A stretch of DNA of 32,000 nt, taken from contig NJBF01000025.1 of the NCBI GenBank assembly GCA_003144275.1, positions 36,114 to 68,113 on the forward strand. Direction: 5' to 3'. Position 1 is the first letter of the stretch. Each line of letters starts with the position of its first letter. Shown here one piece after another: positions 17,267 to 26,486 of this stretch. The translations under genes were made by a program, and so were the position numbers. Source of the DNA: Candidatus Heimdallarchaeota archaeon B3_Heim (GTDB taxonomy: Archaea; Asgardarchaeota; Heimdallarchaeia; Hodarchaeales; Hodarchaeaceae). Under the pieces are notes generated by a model that was given only the letters and a program-made list of their open reading frames with translations, did not search any database and was not told the origin of the DNA.

Positions 17267-17644
17267 CTACTCTGGTGCAGGATCCCATCGATATTGATAT
17301 CGATACTGCCATTCCAGTTCCCAGTGAATCTTAGCCATTTTTGGTACATGACTTTCAGGAGGGCCGTAGCAATTTCTTTTTCCATCACCTGGATTAGAAT
17401 CACCACCATCCCCGCCGTCAGATGGGCAAGGACAATAGCATTCACACTCACCAGAGCCATCACAGGTACAATCATGATCTTGGTCACGATAACGGTCACG
17501 ATCGCGATCACGATCTAAATCACCATTCTCAAGGCCATCTCCAGGGACATCAGGTGTTGCTGATGCAAACCCTAGTCCTCCAGATAAAAGGAGGATAATG
17601 GAAAGAAACGCTAAAGGTAGTAGTATTTTCTTAATTTTTATCAC
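17267..17644 (-). CDS. Small secreted Asp/Gly/Cys-rich low-complexity protein
   Basis: Signal peptide (KIKK, hydrophobic core, ASA|T), DR repeats, three CxC motifs and a C-terminal WQYRYQYRW, with a terminator candidate downstream. Start is uncertain (the GTG lies inside the AGGTGA motif). Confidence 0.65.
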   Translation of the reverse strand: MIKIKKILLPLAFLSIILLLSGGLGFASATPDVPGDGLENGDLDRDRDRDRYRDQDHDCTCDGSGECECYCPCPSDGGDGGDSNPGDGKRNCYGPPESHVPKMAKIHWELEWQYRYQYRWDPAPE

Positions 17645-17968
17645 CTTTTTTAGTTGAGTTTTATATTGAATATAGTTACAGTTTGATAATTTATGTAACT
17701 AAACGCAAGAATTGATCTGATATATTAAAGAAATGAGGAACACTTCTTTTCAGAATACCTGTCTTCTCCTCCGCATTCAAGAGAAATATCCTCAAAAAAC
17801 TTTCTTTTTTTGAGAGTTCAAAATTAAATTAACTGATTCTGATGATGTATAATGAGCAATACTACTGTAAATTGATTCTCGACCATCAAATTAGAAGGAC
17901 TTAACCTCTTGAAAACAAAAGGTGCTCTTTCTATAAAAAGGATAGAAGGAATTTTTAGTCCTACAAAT

Positions 17969-19813
17969 TTAATGAGTCGCAGAAATGACAGATTTTTCTT
18001 CAAGTTTCAATTCTTGGAGAGATCCTTGATGTGCATAGTAGGTAAAATATAGTTTCCTATACGGCCCTTTCCTAGCTATTAATTCTGTGTGAGTTCCTTG
18101 ATCCACAATCTTTCCCTCATCAAGAACGAGTATTCTATCAGCGTTTAAGATAGTACTTAATCTATGAGCTATAACAATTGTAGTACGATTTGAGAAGACA
18201 GTTTTTAGTGCTTTTTGAATCATATACTCCGTATACGCATCTACAGAAGCAGTCGCTTCATCAAGTAAGAGAATTCGTGGATCTTTTAAGAGAATACGAG
18301 CTAAAGAAAGCAATTGTCTTTGACCCTGAGATAAACCACGTCCACGTTCACGAATAGGAGTGTCTAGTCCTTTTGGTAATAATTTAATGAATGAGTCGGC
18401 ATTCACGGCATGTAATGCCCACTGAAGTTGATCTTCCGAAGCAATTGGTGAACCTAGCATGATATTTTCTCGGATTGTCCCAGAAAAAAGGAAGGGTTCT
18501 TGGAGGACAAACCCGATTTGATCACGTATACTATCTGCTTCTAGATGTTTAAGACACCATTTTCCATTTAACACAATTTCTCCACCAGTATACTCATAAA
18601 ACCGTGCAAGAAGAGAAGCAATGGTCGTTTTCCCTGCTCCTGTGGGGCCAACAATAGCTAGTGTTTGGCCAGCAGGAATATGTAAATCGAAATTTGTTAA
18701 AATAGGTTCTCCCTTTTTATACTCAAAATTAACATTCTGAAAGTCAATTTCCCCTGTAAGAGGAGGGCAGGGTAACTGATCCTCTGAATACATACTAAGG
18801 GGAACATCCATTAGTGAAAATATTCTTTCTCCAGCAGCAAATCCTCCTTGTAATGTTGCATAAAAGGTTGATAAAGCAATGAGAGGTTGAAACAATCTCC
18901 TTAAATAGGTAATAAAGAGATAAAGTAAACTAGCTGATAATGCACCAGACAGAATGGAATTACCTCCCGCAAGAAGAAGAATGAATAGGCCAATTGCCGC
19001 AATCAAGTCAAATAATGGGCCAACGACCCGAAACAGAGTTGCTTGACGAATATTTATCCTCACCTTTTCTCTTTGAAGTTTTCCGAAATTGTCGAGGACA
19101 TTTCTTTCTTGGCCAAATGATTTTGTAATTTGGATACCAGATATCTGTTCCTCTACAAATGAATTAAGCGTTGCCTCTGCACGTCTTTGAAGTAGTGAGG
19201 CTTTTCGAAAGACAGAACGAAACGCATAGATAGTACCAAACAGTATCGGGAAAATAATTAACGAAATCAGGGTTAATTGCCATTGCAATAGAAGCATTGT
19301 ACCTAAAATTAGCGTGGCACGTAGAATAACTGATCCTAGATCCATCATAGAGGTTAAGACTCCTCCTAGCTGAAAGGTATCACCAGAAATTCTAGACATG
19401 ATTTTTCCTGTTTTATTTTGATCAAAAAATGCTATTTCATGCTTATTGACTCTAGAAAAAATATCTCGTCTTAAATCATAAGTCACATGGGATTGTAACT
19501 TCTGACTATTGACAGTGGATATATATGTTAGTATCCACTCAAGAGTGAGAAGAACCAAATACCCGACGGTAGCTAAAATAATAATCGTTAAATTTCTATC
19601 CTCAGGCGATTTAAAGAGTTGATCTAGCCCTACTGCTAATCCTAATGGTACAATAATTGAAACTAGTGCACTTAATAGAGAAAAAATGAGAACTAAAGTC
19701 AAATATCGTCGGTGATTTCCTAAGTAGGGTAAAACACGACGAATAATTTGCCGTTCGGTATATTGCTTATCCCATTTTGCTGCATTCAGCGCTCCATATA
19801 AATGCCAGGCCAT
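17969..19813 (-). CDS. Heterodimeric ABC exporter subunit (TMD-NBD, MdlB/TM288-like)
   Basis: Six-TM domain plus GPTGAGKT, degenerate signature LSQGQRQ, canonical LLLDE and IAHR. Confidence 0.92.
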   Translation of the reverse strand: MAWHLYGALNAAKWDKQYTERQIIRRVLPYLGNHRRYLTLVLIFSLLSALVSIIVPLGLAVGLDQLFKSPEDRNLTIIILATVGYLVLLTLEWILTYISTVNSQKLQSHVTYDLRRDIFSRVNKHEIAFFDQNKTGKIMSRISGDTFQLGGVLTSMMDLGSVILRATLILGTMLLLQWQLTLISLIIFPILFGTIYAFRSVFRKASLLQRRAEATLNSFVEEQISGIQITKSFGQERNVLDNFGKLQREKVRINIRQATLFRVVGPLFDLIAAIGLFILLLAGGNSILSGALSASLLYLFITYLRRLFQPLIALSTFYATLQGGFAAGERIFSLMDVPLSMYSEDQLPCPPLTGEIDFQNVNFEYKKGEPILTNFDLHIPAGQTLAIVGPTGAGKTTIASLLARFYEYTGGEIVLNGKWCLKHLEADSIRDQIGFVLQEPFLFSGTIRENIMLGSPIASEDQLQWALHAVNADSFIKLLPKGLDTPIRERGRGLSQGQRQLLSLARILLKDPRILLLDEATASVDAYTEYMIQKALKTVFSNRTTIVIAHRLSTILNADRILVLDEGKIVDQGTHTELIARKGPYRKLYFTYYAHQGSLQELKLEEKSVISATH

Positions 19814-21622
19814 TTAGACAGCCTCCTCTGAAATAAGTATTTCTTCAGGAATTGGAGGTAAATTCTCAAATTGTCGAAACATGTCTGCATAGTCTGTATT
19901 ACGAGTATAAAGTGCATCATGTGTACCTATATCTTGAATTTGACCGCTATTCATCAGGACTACAACATCTGCTTTACGTAATACAGATAATCGATGAGTA
20001 ACAATAATAGTCGTTCGGGATTCAAGTAAATTCCCGATGGCACTTTGAATTTTTGCCTCAGTATGCGCATCAATGGCGGATGTCGAATCATCCATGATTA
20101 GAATAGGGGGATTGATTATGAAAGCACGAGCAATGGCTAATCGTTGTCGTTGTCCCCCTGATAATGTAATTCCTCGCTCTCCAATAACCGTATCATATTG
20201 TTTGGGTAATTTCGATACAAAACTGTGAATTTGAGCAGATTTAGCCACTTGAATCATTGTATCAGTTAAGTTTGACTTATCGTCATTACTACCAAAAAGA
20301 ATATTATCCTTTATACTTGCAGAAAAGAGGAAAATATCTTGCTCAATCACCCCAATTTGTTTTCTAAGGGCCTCGATTGGGTAATCCTTAATATTTACAT
20401 TGTCAATGAATATTTTGCCACTAGTGGGGTCATACAGTCTATGGATTAATTTTTGGAGGGTTGTTTTCCCACAACCGGTATGTCCGATAATTGCAACCGT
20501 TTGGCCAGGGGCGATTGTAAGATTAATATTTTTTAATACATCAGGCCCTTCTGGATTATAACGAAATGATACATGTTCAAACTGAATCTTTCCACGTATT
20601 TGCTTAACTGGATGATCCCCCTCTTCAAGGAGTTGTTGCTCAGCAATAACAGAATAAACTCTCTTTCCGCCTGCAAATCCCATTGATCCAAGGAATATTG
20701 TGAATCGGATGAACTGATTTGGTGTTTGAAGCAATAGAACAAGGCTGTTAAAAGCGATCACTGTTCCTGCACTCATATCTCCTAGATACACAAAATAGCT
20801 ACCCAAGACAAAGAGAAGACCCATAGCAAAGTAGATAATAAGAGTGGGAAAATACCGTGCCGAAATTATTCCCCTCTCTATGAGAATTTCACGGACTTCT
20901 TTCAGGTCTGAATCATATTTATCAAACTCACTCTGCCGATTGGATAAAGTTCGAAGGGCTCGGATTCCCGCGAGATTTTCTTGTAGAGTAGCCTGCCATT
21001 GGGCAAATAATGCTTGGCGTCGAATGGAAACAGGACCAAGATTTTTACCATAAATTACAATTGCTAGGGCAATGAATGGCACAAAGAGCAGAAACACAAA
21101 GAATAAGAATGAATCTAAAGCGTACATAGCGATCAAGCTGCCTACAGTAGTGGCTATAGCAAGACCAAACATTAGAATTGAAAGGAGCATCCAGGAAAGT
21201 TGTCGAGAATCGCTAGTTGCCATTGCTAGAAGTTCTCCAGTTCGCGCACTATCATGAAATGACATCGATTTTGAGTGCATGGATTCGAAAAATTCATTCT
21301 GAACGTCTTTAACAACTTCTTCTGAGAACCATGCATTTACCCATGATCCGAATGACGATGCCAAGAAATTGAGGACATAAAGTACGAGAAATATTGCACT
21401 AGTTGCAAATATCGTATCGAAATTGCTATTGATTGCTTCGTCAAAGAAGAATTGCAAAATAAAGGGAATAATAATGGAAAAAGCTGTGCCCAGAAACATT
21501 AACAGAAATCCGAAAAAGAACAAATATTTATGTTTCAGTAGATGGCCAAGGATCCAAGTAATGAAATTTCTATAATATCTGGAATGCAGATAAGTACTTG
21601 CTTTATACGTAGATTGACTCAT
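19814..21622 (-). CDS. Heterodimeric ABC exporter subunit (TMD-NBD, MdlA/TM287-like)
   Basis: GHTGCGKT, canonical LSGGQRQR, degenerate Walker B ILIMDD. The stop abuts the partner's ATG (TAAATG). Confidence 0.92.
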   Translation of the reverse strand: MSQSTYKASTYLHSRYYRNFITWILGHLLKHKYLFFFGFLLMFLGTAFSIIIPFILQFFFDEAINSNFDTIFATSAIFLVLYVLNFLASSFGSWVNAWFSEEVVKDVQNEFFESMHSKSMSFHDSARTGELLAMATSDSRQLSWMLLSILMFGLAIATTVGSLIAMYALDSFLFFVFLLFVPFIALAIVIYGKNLGPVSIRRQALFAQWQATLQENLAGIRALRTLSNRQSEFDKYDSDLKEVREILIERGIISARYFPTLIIYFAMGLLFVLGSYFVYLGDMSAGTVIAFNSLVLLLQTPNQFIRFTIFLGSMGFAGGKRVYSVIAEQQLLEEGDHPVKQIRGKIQFEHVSFRYNPEGPDVLKNINLTIAPGQTVAIIGHTGCGKTTLQKLIHRLYDPTSGKIFIDNVNIKDYPIEALRKQIGVIEQDIFLFSASIKDNILFGSNDDKSNLTDTMIQVAKSAQIHSFVSKLPKQYDTVIGERGITLSGGQRQRLAIARAFIINPPILIMDDSTSAIDAHTEAKIQSAIGNLLESRTTIIVTHRLSVLRKADVVVLMNSGQIQDIGTHDALYTRNTDYADMFRQFENLPPIPEEILISEEAV

Positions 21623-21738
21623 GTTTCGACACCCTTTTCTAAAAATTAGTGGTATAAAAGAATTATGTTTGAAGATATCTTCACTTGGAGGTCTAACCTC
21701 TCAAACGAGTGACAATTGGAAGTTTTTCTTTTGTCACT

Positions 21739-21750
21739 TAACAATTGTTA
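21739..21750. promoter_or_regulatory. Perfect 12-bp palindrome TAACAATTGTTA in the divergent promoter region
   Basis: Lies between the divergent ABC exporter and esterase genes. One mismatch from the box at 8306-8317. Confidence 0.4.
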
Positions 21751-21835
21751 TACGAATGAAAACAAAACGAGACCTTTGCACAACACTAAAAAGAAAAGGT
21801 AGTTTTTCAACTCAATTATTATAGTAGCGCAGTTG

Positions 21836-22798
21836 ATGACAATGAAACCTAGATCAATCGTACTAACTATGTTGATTTGTGCCAGTATTTTTGTTTTGAT
21901 AGGGATTCCAATCCAGGCAAATCCATCAAATGAAACCTTAACTCTTCATGACATTGATGTTGCCGGTACAAAGCAGTCTTATTATTTGTATTTGCCCTCT
22001 AATCCGAAAGGAGCAGTATTAATAATCCCCAGTTATATTGCTAATCACGAAGAGTTATTAGATGGAAATAAATGGGGGGAACCCGATCAGAGTATGGAGA
22101 ACTCACCTATTGTGAAGGCTGCCAGAGAACATCAATTGGCGTTAGTTTTTGCTCAAGGTGCAAATAACGATTGGTATTCGCCATATAATGGAGAAAAAAA
22201 GGTTCTTGCGTGTCTAAATGATGCGAATATTACTCTAAAATTATCCAGTGATTCATGGTTTATTTATGGATTTTCTATGGGAGGAGCTGGAGCGTTGACC
22301 ATCTCTATCAGTCATCCAAAACTATTTAGTGGATTATATATTGGGGACGGGGTGATGAATTTTACCAATCAATTTATTATAGATTCTGTCACTGATCTTT
22401 CTGGATGGACTACTCCTAGTGAGTTTTTCCTGGATGCAAATCCCTATCGAAACATTGAAGTTTTTAGAGACAAAACAGTGTTTCTTGCGTCAGGAACCAA
22501 TGCAGGTAACTTACTTAGTTGTGATAACTTCTCTCAAACTCTGGATTTGGCTAATATACGCCATTATTATTACCGAGAGAATGATTCTCATAATGTTTAT
22601 TTACTGTTTAATTCAGTTAATCAAACATTTGATTTGTTCTCACATCACCTCGCAGGCACACTCGATCAATTCTATGAAGGATATACTTCTCCGTTGAAGA
22701 CTAAATCAACAATTCCTTGGGGGGTAAATCCAATCATTACAGCCGTGATTTTCTTGGCGATAGGATGGATAGCAAAGAAAAGAAGAAATAGATGCTGA
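21836..22798 (+). CDS. Secreted, C-terminally anchored alpha/beta hydrolase (putative esterase)
   Basis: Signal peptide, nucleophile elbow GFSMGG, candidate catalytic His (DSHNV), and a C-terminal TM with KKRR tail. Confidence 0.8.
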   Translation: MTMKPRSIVLTMLICASIFVLIGIPIQANPSNETLTLHDIDVAGTKQSYYLYLPSNPKGAVLIIPSYIANHEELLDGNKWGEPDQSMENSPIVKAAREHQLALVFAQGANNDWYSPYNGEKKVLACLNDANITLKLSSDSWFIYGFSMGGAGALTISISHPKLFSGLYIGDGVMNFTNQFIIDSVTDLSGWTTPSEFFLDANPYRNIEVFRDKTVFLASGTNAGNLLSCDNFSQTLDLANIRHYYYRENDSHNVYLLFNSVNQTFDLFSHHLAGTLDQFYEGYTSPLKTKSTIPWGVNPIITAVIFLAIGWIAKKRRNRC

Positions 22799-22866
22799 AA
22801 AATAACGGGATTTACTTATAATCCCAAATCATATGGTAAGAAATAAGCATTAATATTTTACTTCTA

Positions 22867-25221
22867 ATGCCCTTTGTAAAGGATTTTTCTTCCGAAGTTG
22901 ATTCTATGGCAGTAGGTAAACGTTTAAAGCGGAAGGATGCTGACACCAAAGTAACAGGCGAAGCTCCATATGCATATGACATGTCTTTTGCAGATGAACA
23001 TTATTTAGCAGTTATACGGAGTCCTTATGCCCATGCAAAGATAGTAAACATACAAATCGATTATAAAAAACTAGAATCCCTCAGTGTTGTGGCTGGGACT
23101 GCCAAAGATGTTCCTGGAAGGAATATTCTTCATGTCATCCATGATGACTGGCCTCTACTTGCTGAGAAAGTGGTTCGACATGTGGGAGAACCTGTGGTTA
23201 TACTCGTAGCTGCAAGTTTGCCCCTAGCGGAAGAAGCAAGAAAATATGTCTCAATCGAATATAAAGAAATTCCTGCAGTTTTTGACCCCGTTGAAGCAAA
23301 AGATCATCCTACTATCCAAATATTTGAAGAAGATAATGTGTGCTCGTATTGGCAGCAAAAAAATGGTGACATCGAAAAAGGATTTACAGAATCGGATATT
23401 GTAATCGAAAATGAATATAGAACCCCTGCTCAAGAGCATGCATACATCGAGACCCAAGGATGTATTGCAGTTCCACAGGGGCATGATTCGATGACAGTAT
23501 ATGGGAGTATGCAGTGTCCATTCTATGTTCAACGATGTGTAGCTGAAATTCTTGGAATAGAATGGAGCAAAGTTAATATCATTCAAACAACTACAGGGGG
23601 TGCATTTGGCGGAAAAGAAGATGTTCCCAATCAGATAGGAAGTCTTGCAGCGTTGGGAGCCTGGTTAGTCAGAAAACCAGTGAAATATCTCCTTACTAGA
23701 GAAGAAGATATTGAAACAACATCTAAACGTCATCCAGCTGTTATACGGTATAAAACAGGTGTAACAAAACAGGGAGAGCTGAAAGCAATCAAAGTGGAAG
23801 TTTTTTTGAATACAGGAGCCTATTCCACACTTGCACCCGCGGTTCTTTATCGTGCTGCACTGCATGCTGCTGGCCCTTACCGATGTGCTAATGTAGACGT
23901 TCAAGCATACGCTGTAACAACGAATCTCGTACCCTTTGGCGCGTTTCGGGGTTTTGGAAGCCCACAAGTAATTTTTCCAGGAGAGGAACAAATGGATCGT
24001 GCGGCAGAGAGCATCGGTATGGATCCAAGTGAGTTTCGTGAGCTACACATTCTCAAAGTTGGAGATAAGACTACATTTGGTCAAGTTATAGATCAATCGG
24101 TTGGTTTAGAACAGACTCTTCACAAAGCTCGGGAACAAAGTGGGTGGTATCAGAAACGAAAACCAACTCCAACAATAGCGCAAGTACTAGAAGAACAGAA
24201 AAAAGGAAAGTTTCGACGAAAAGGAATGGGCATATCCACAATATTTTATGGATGTTTCTTGGGTGCAGCAGGGAAAATGATGTCAAGATCAGGGGCCTAT
24301 GTTCAAGTAGAACCTGATGGAAGTGTTCGGTTTGCAGTTGGAACAACCGAGATGGGACAAGGAATGATAACAGTTCTTTCCCAAATTGTAGCTGAAGAAC
24401 TGGGGATCGAATATGAGAAAGTATATATGACTCCAGTTGATACAAGCAGGGTTCCAGACTCTGGACCTACGGTTGCTAGTCGTGCCACGATCATGTCAGG
24501 GCGAGCACTCCAAGATGCGTGTAAACAATTACGTGCACTAATTTATGCGAAGGTTGCTCTTAAATATGAAGTAGATGCATCACAGCTTGAAATTAAAGAG
24601 TTTCATATCCAAGAGATTGCTACCCAGAAAAAAATTCTATCTATTTCAGATGCGATAAAACTGGTCTATCAAGAAAGGGGTCAAGTAGCTGTAGCTGGGT
24701 GGGATGTCGCTCCATCGACACATTATGATAATGAGAAAGGTCAGGGAGATGCATATTCAGCATATGCATGGTGTACGAATATTGTTGAGGTAGAAGTCGA
24801 TTCACAAATAGGAACAGTGGATATATTAAATATTTGGGCTGCGCATGATGTGGGAAAGGCAATAAATCCGCAAACATTAGAAGGACAAATAGAAGGGGGA
24901 AGTTTACAAGGGTTAGGATACGGGAGGTATGAAGAAATTATATTTACGCCAGAGGGACGAGTGTTATCAAATAATTTAGGGACTTATTTGATTCCAACAA
25001 CAAAAGAAACCCCTAAAATTCATTCTATCATCGTAGAAGATCCGTGGTCGGGCGGTCCTTATGGTGCCAAAGGTATTGGCGAACAACCACTTATGGGTAT
25101 TGCTCCAGCTCTAACAAATGCCATAGCCAACGCAGTTGGGATAAGGCTCAATACTATTCCTGCAACACCTGAAAGGGTCTGGGCCGCAATTCAGGAGAAA
25201 ATAGAGGAGGAAGAACAATGA
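22867..25221 (+). CDS. Xanthine dehydrogenase-family molybdopterin-binding large subunit (XdhA/CoxL-like)
   Basis: IRSPYAHAKI, QEHAYIE, GGAFGGK, GAFRGFGSPQ, EMGQG, GPTVASR, QIEGG, GAKGIGE motifs. Alternative ATG at 22906. Confidence 0.93.
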   Translation: MPFVKDFSSEVDSMAVGKRLKRKDADTKVTGEAPYAYDMSFADEHYLAVIRSPYAHAKIVNIQIDYKKLESLSVVAGTAKDVPGRNILHVIHDDWPLLAEKVVRHVGEPVVILVAASLPLAEEARKYVSIEYKEIPAVFDPVEAKDHPTIQIFEEDNVCSYWQQKNGDIEKGFTESDIVIENEYRTPAQEHAYIETQGCIAVPQGHDSMTVYGSMQCPFYVQRCVAEILGIEWSKVNIIQTTTGGAFGGKEDVPNQIGSLAALGAWLVRKPVKYLLTREEDIETTSKRHPAVIRYKTGVTKQGELKAIKVEVFLNTGAYSTLAPAVLYRAALHAAGPYRCANVDVQAYAVTTNLVPFGAFRGFGSPQVIFPGEEQMDRAAESIGMDPSEFRELHILKVGDKTTFGQVIDQSVGLEQTLHKAREQSGWYQKRKPTPTIAQVLEEQKKGKFRRKGMGISTIFYGCFLGAAGKMMSRSGAYVQVEPDGSVRFAVGTTEMGQGMITVLSQIVAEELGIEYEKVYMTPVDTSRVPDSGPTVASRATIMSGRALQDACKQLRALIYAKVALKYEVDASQLEIKEFHIQEIATQKKILSISDAIKLVYQERGQVAVAGWDVAPSTHYDNEKGQGDAYSAYAWCTNIVEVEVDSQIGTVDILNIWAAHDVGKAINPQTLEGQIEGGSLQGLGYGRYEEIIFTPEGRVLSNNLGTYLIPTTKETPKIHSIIVEDPWSGGPYGAKGIGEQPLMGIAPALTNAIANAVGIRLNTIPATPERVWAAIQEKIEEEEQ

Positions 25222-25673
25222 ATATCGAAATTACGATTAACGGGAAATTAATCAAAAGGGAAGTTCCTGTCAATCGACGATTGCTAGATTTTTTGAGGGA
25301 TGATTTGGGCCTAAAAGGAACAAAGTATGGATGTGATCAAGGGGAATGTGGAGCATGTAGTATTATTCTAAATGATAAAATTGTGACCTCTTGTATAATT
25401 CTTATGGCTCAAATTCCTCCAGACAGTACTGTACTAACGATTGAGGGAAAGGATCAAATCTTACAATTAATCCAAGAAAAATTCAAAGAATTTGGAGCTG
25501 CGCAGTGTGGAGCTTGTACCCCTGGTGTGATTATGGCTGCTACTTCTCTTCTCCATTTAAATCCGAAAGCTAACCAGGAGGAGATAGAAGAGGGTTTATG
25601 TGGAGTGTTATGTCGGTGTACTGGGTATACTAAGATTTATGATGCGATCAAGGAGGCTCAAAAACAGCTTTAG
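25218..25673 (+). CDS. [2Fe-2S]-binding small subunit (CoxS/CutS-like)
   Basis: GTKYGCDQGECGACS, QCGACTPG and LCRCTG cysteine motifs. ATGA overlap with the large subunit. Confidence 0.95.
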   Translation: MNIEITINGKLIKREVPVNRRLLDFLRDDLGLKGTKYGCDQGECGACSIILNDKIVTSCIILMAQIPPDSTVLTIEGKDQILQLIQEKFKEFGAAQCGACTPGVIMAATSLLHLNPKANQEEIEEGLCGVLCRCTGYTKIYDAIKEAQKQL

Positions 25674-25681
25674 GTGGTACT

Positions 25682-26485
25682 ATGAAGAATTTCTTTAAAC
25701 TAATCCAACAAGAGGTAAGTGCTGGTAGACCAGTATCCCTAGTAAGCGTTGTTGCTGTAAAAGGATCAGCACCTCAGCGAGTAGGAGCCAAAATGCTTGT
25801 TTCATCATCTGGTAAGCTATTGTGGGGCACAATTGGAGGAGGGACAGTTGAATCTTTAGCATTAAAACAGGCCAAAATTCAAATTGATATAAAAACACCA
25901 TTATTAAAATCATTTGAACTTGTGGAATCAGGGGAAGAGGCCACTGGTATGTTATGTGGTGGAGAGATGAAATTATTCATTGATATATTTGGGATATCAA
26001 CTAAGGTTTATTTGTTCGGGGCTGGTCATATTACTCAACAAATCATTCCCTTATTGATGAATTTAGGTTTTTCACCCATTATTATTGATGATCGAGAAGA
26101 TTATCTAAAGGAAAATATTGTAACCAGATTGAATGTTGTTACACATACGGGTGATTTTGTAGACATCATTGATTCCCTTTTCATTGAAGAAGATAGTTAT
26201 ATCATAATAATGACTTATTCTCATGATGTGGATGAAAAAATCCTCTATCATCTGCTTTCTCAAAAGCTTTTAAATCTTTCTACAGTGAAGTATCTGGGTA
26301 TGATTGGAAGTATGCGCAAGGTGAAGGAAATTTTTTCTCGACTGGAATCCAAGGGTATATCACGTGAGATCTTGAATTCTATTCATTCACCAATTGGTGT
26401 GCCAATTAAAAGTCAAACCCCTGAAGAAATTGCTATCTCAATTGCCGCAGAATTGATATCTGTACGTAATAAGGAGGATAAATAG
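25682..26485 (+). CDS. xdhC: XdhC/CoxI-family molybdenum cofactor maturation/insertion chaperone
   Basis: GSAPQRVGAKM, GTIGGG, CGG, LFGAGH, YLGMIGS, SPIG and TPEEIAISIAAEL motifs. Confidence 0.92.
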   Translation: MKNFFKLIQQEVSAGRPVSLVSVVAVKGSAPQRVGAKMLVSSSGKLLWGTIGGGTVESLALKQAKIQIDIKTPLLKSFELVESGEEATGMLCGGEMKLFIDIFGISTKVYLFGAGHITQQIIPLLMNLGFSPIIIDDREDYLKENIVTRLNVVTHTGDFVDIIDSLFIEEDSYIIIMTYSHDVDEKILYHLLSQKLLNLSTVKYLGMIGSMRKVKEIFSRLESKGISREILNSIHSPIGVPIKSQTPEEIAISIAAELISVRNKEDK

Positions 26486-26486
26486 A

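Noticed and set aside
17207-17518. Overlapping ORFs 17207-17518 (+) and 17242-17511 (-)
   Set aside because: They stay open because of the low-complexity hexamer repeats. Only the 17267-17644 frame has a signal peptide and a coherent composition.
17691-17701. 11-mer TTATGTAACTA shared with 8322-8332 upstream of lrp
   Set aside because: An exact AT-rich 11-mer match among intergenic regions is plausible by chance, and the dyad spacing differs between the two sites.
17791-17814. CTCAAAAAA/TTTTTTGAG inverted repeat
   Set aside because: The stem is almost all A-U and weak. It may be part of a terminator but is not supportable as a feature.
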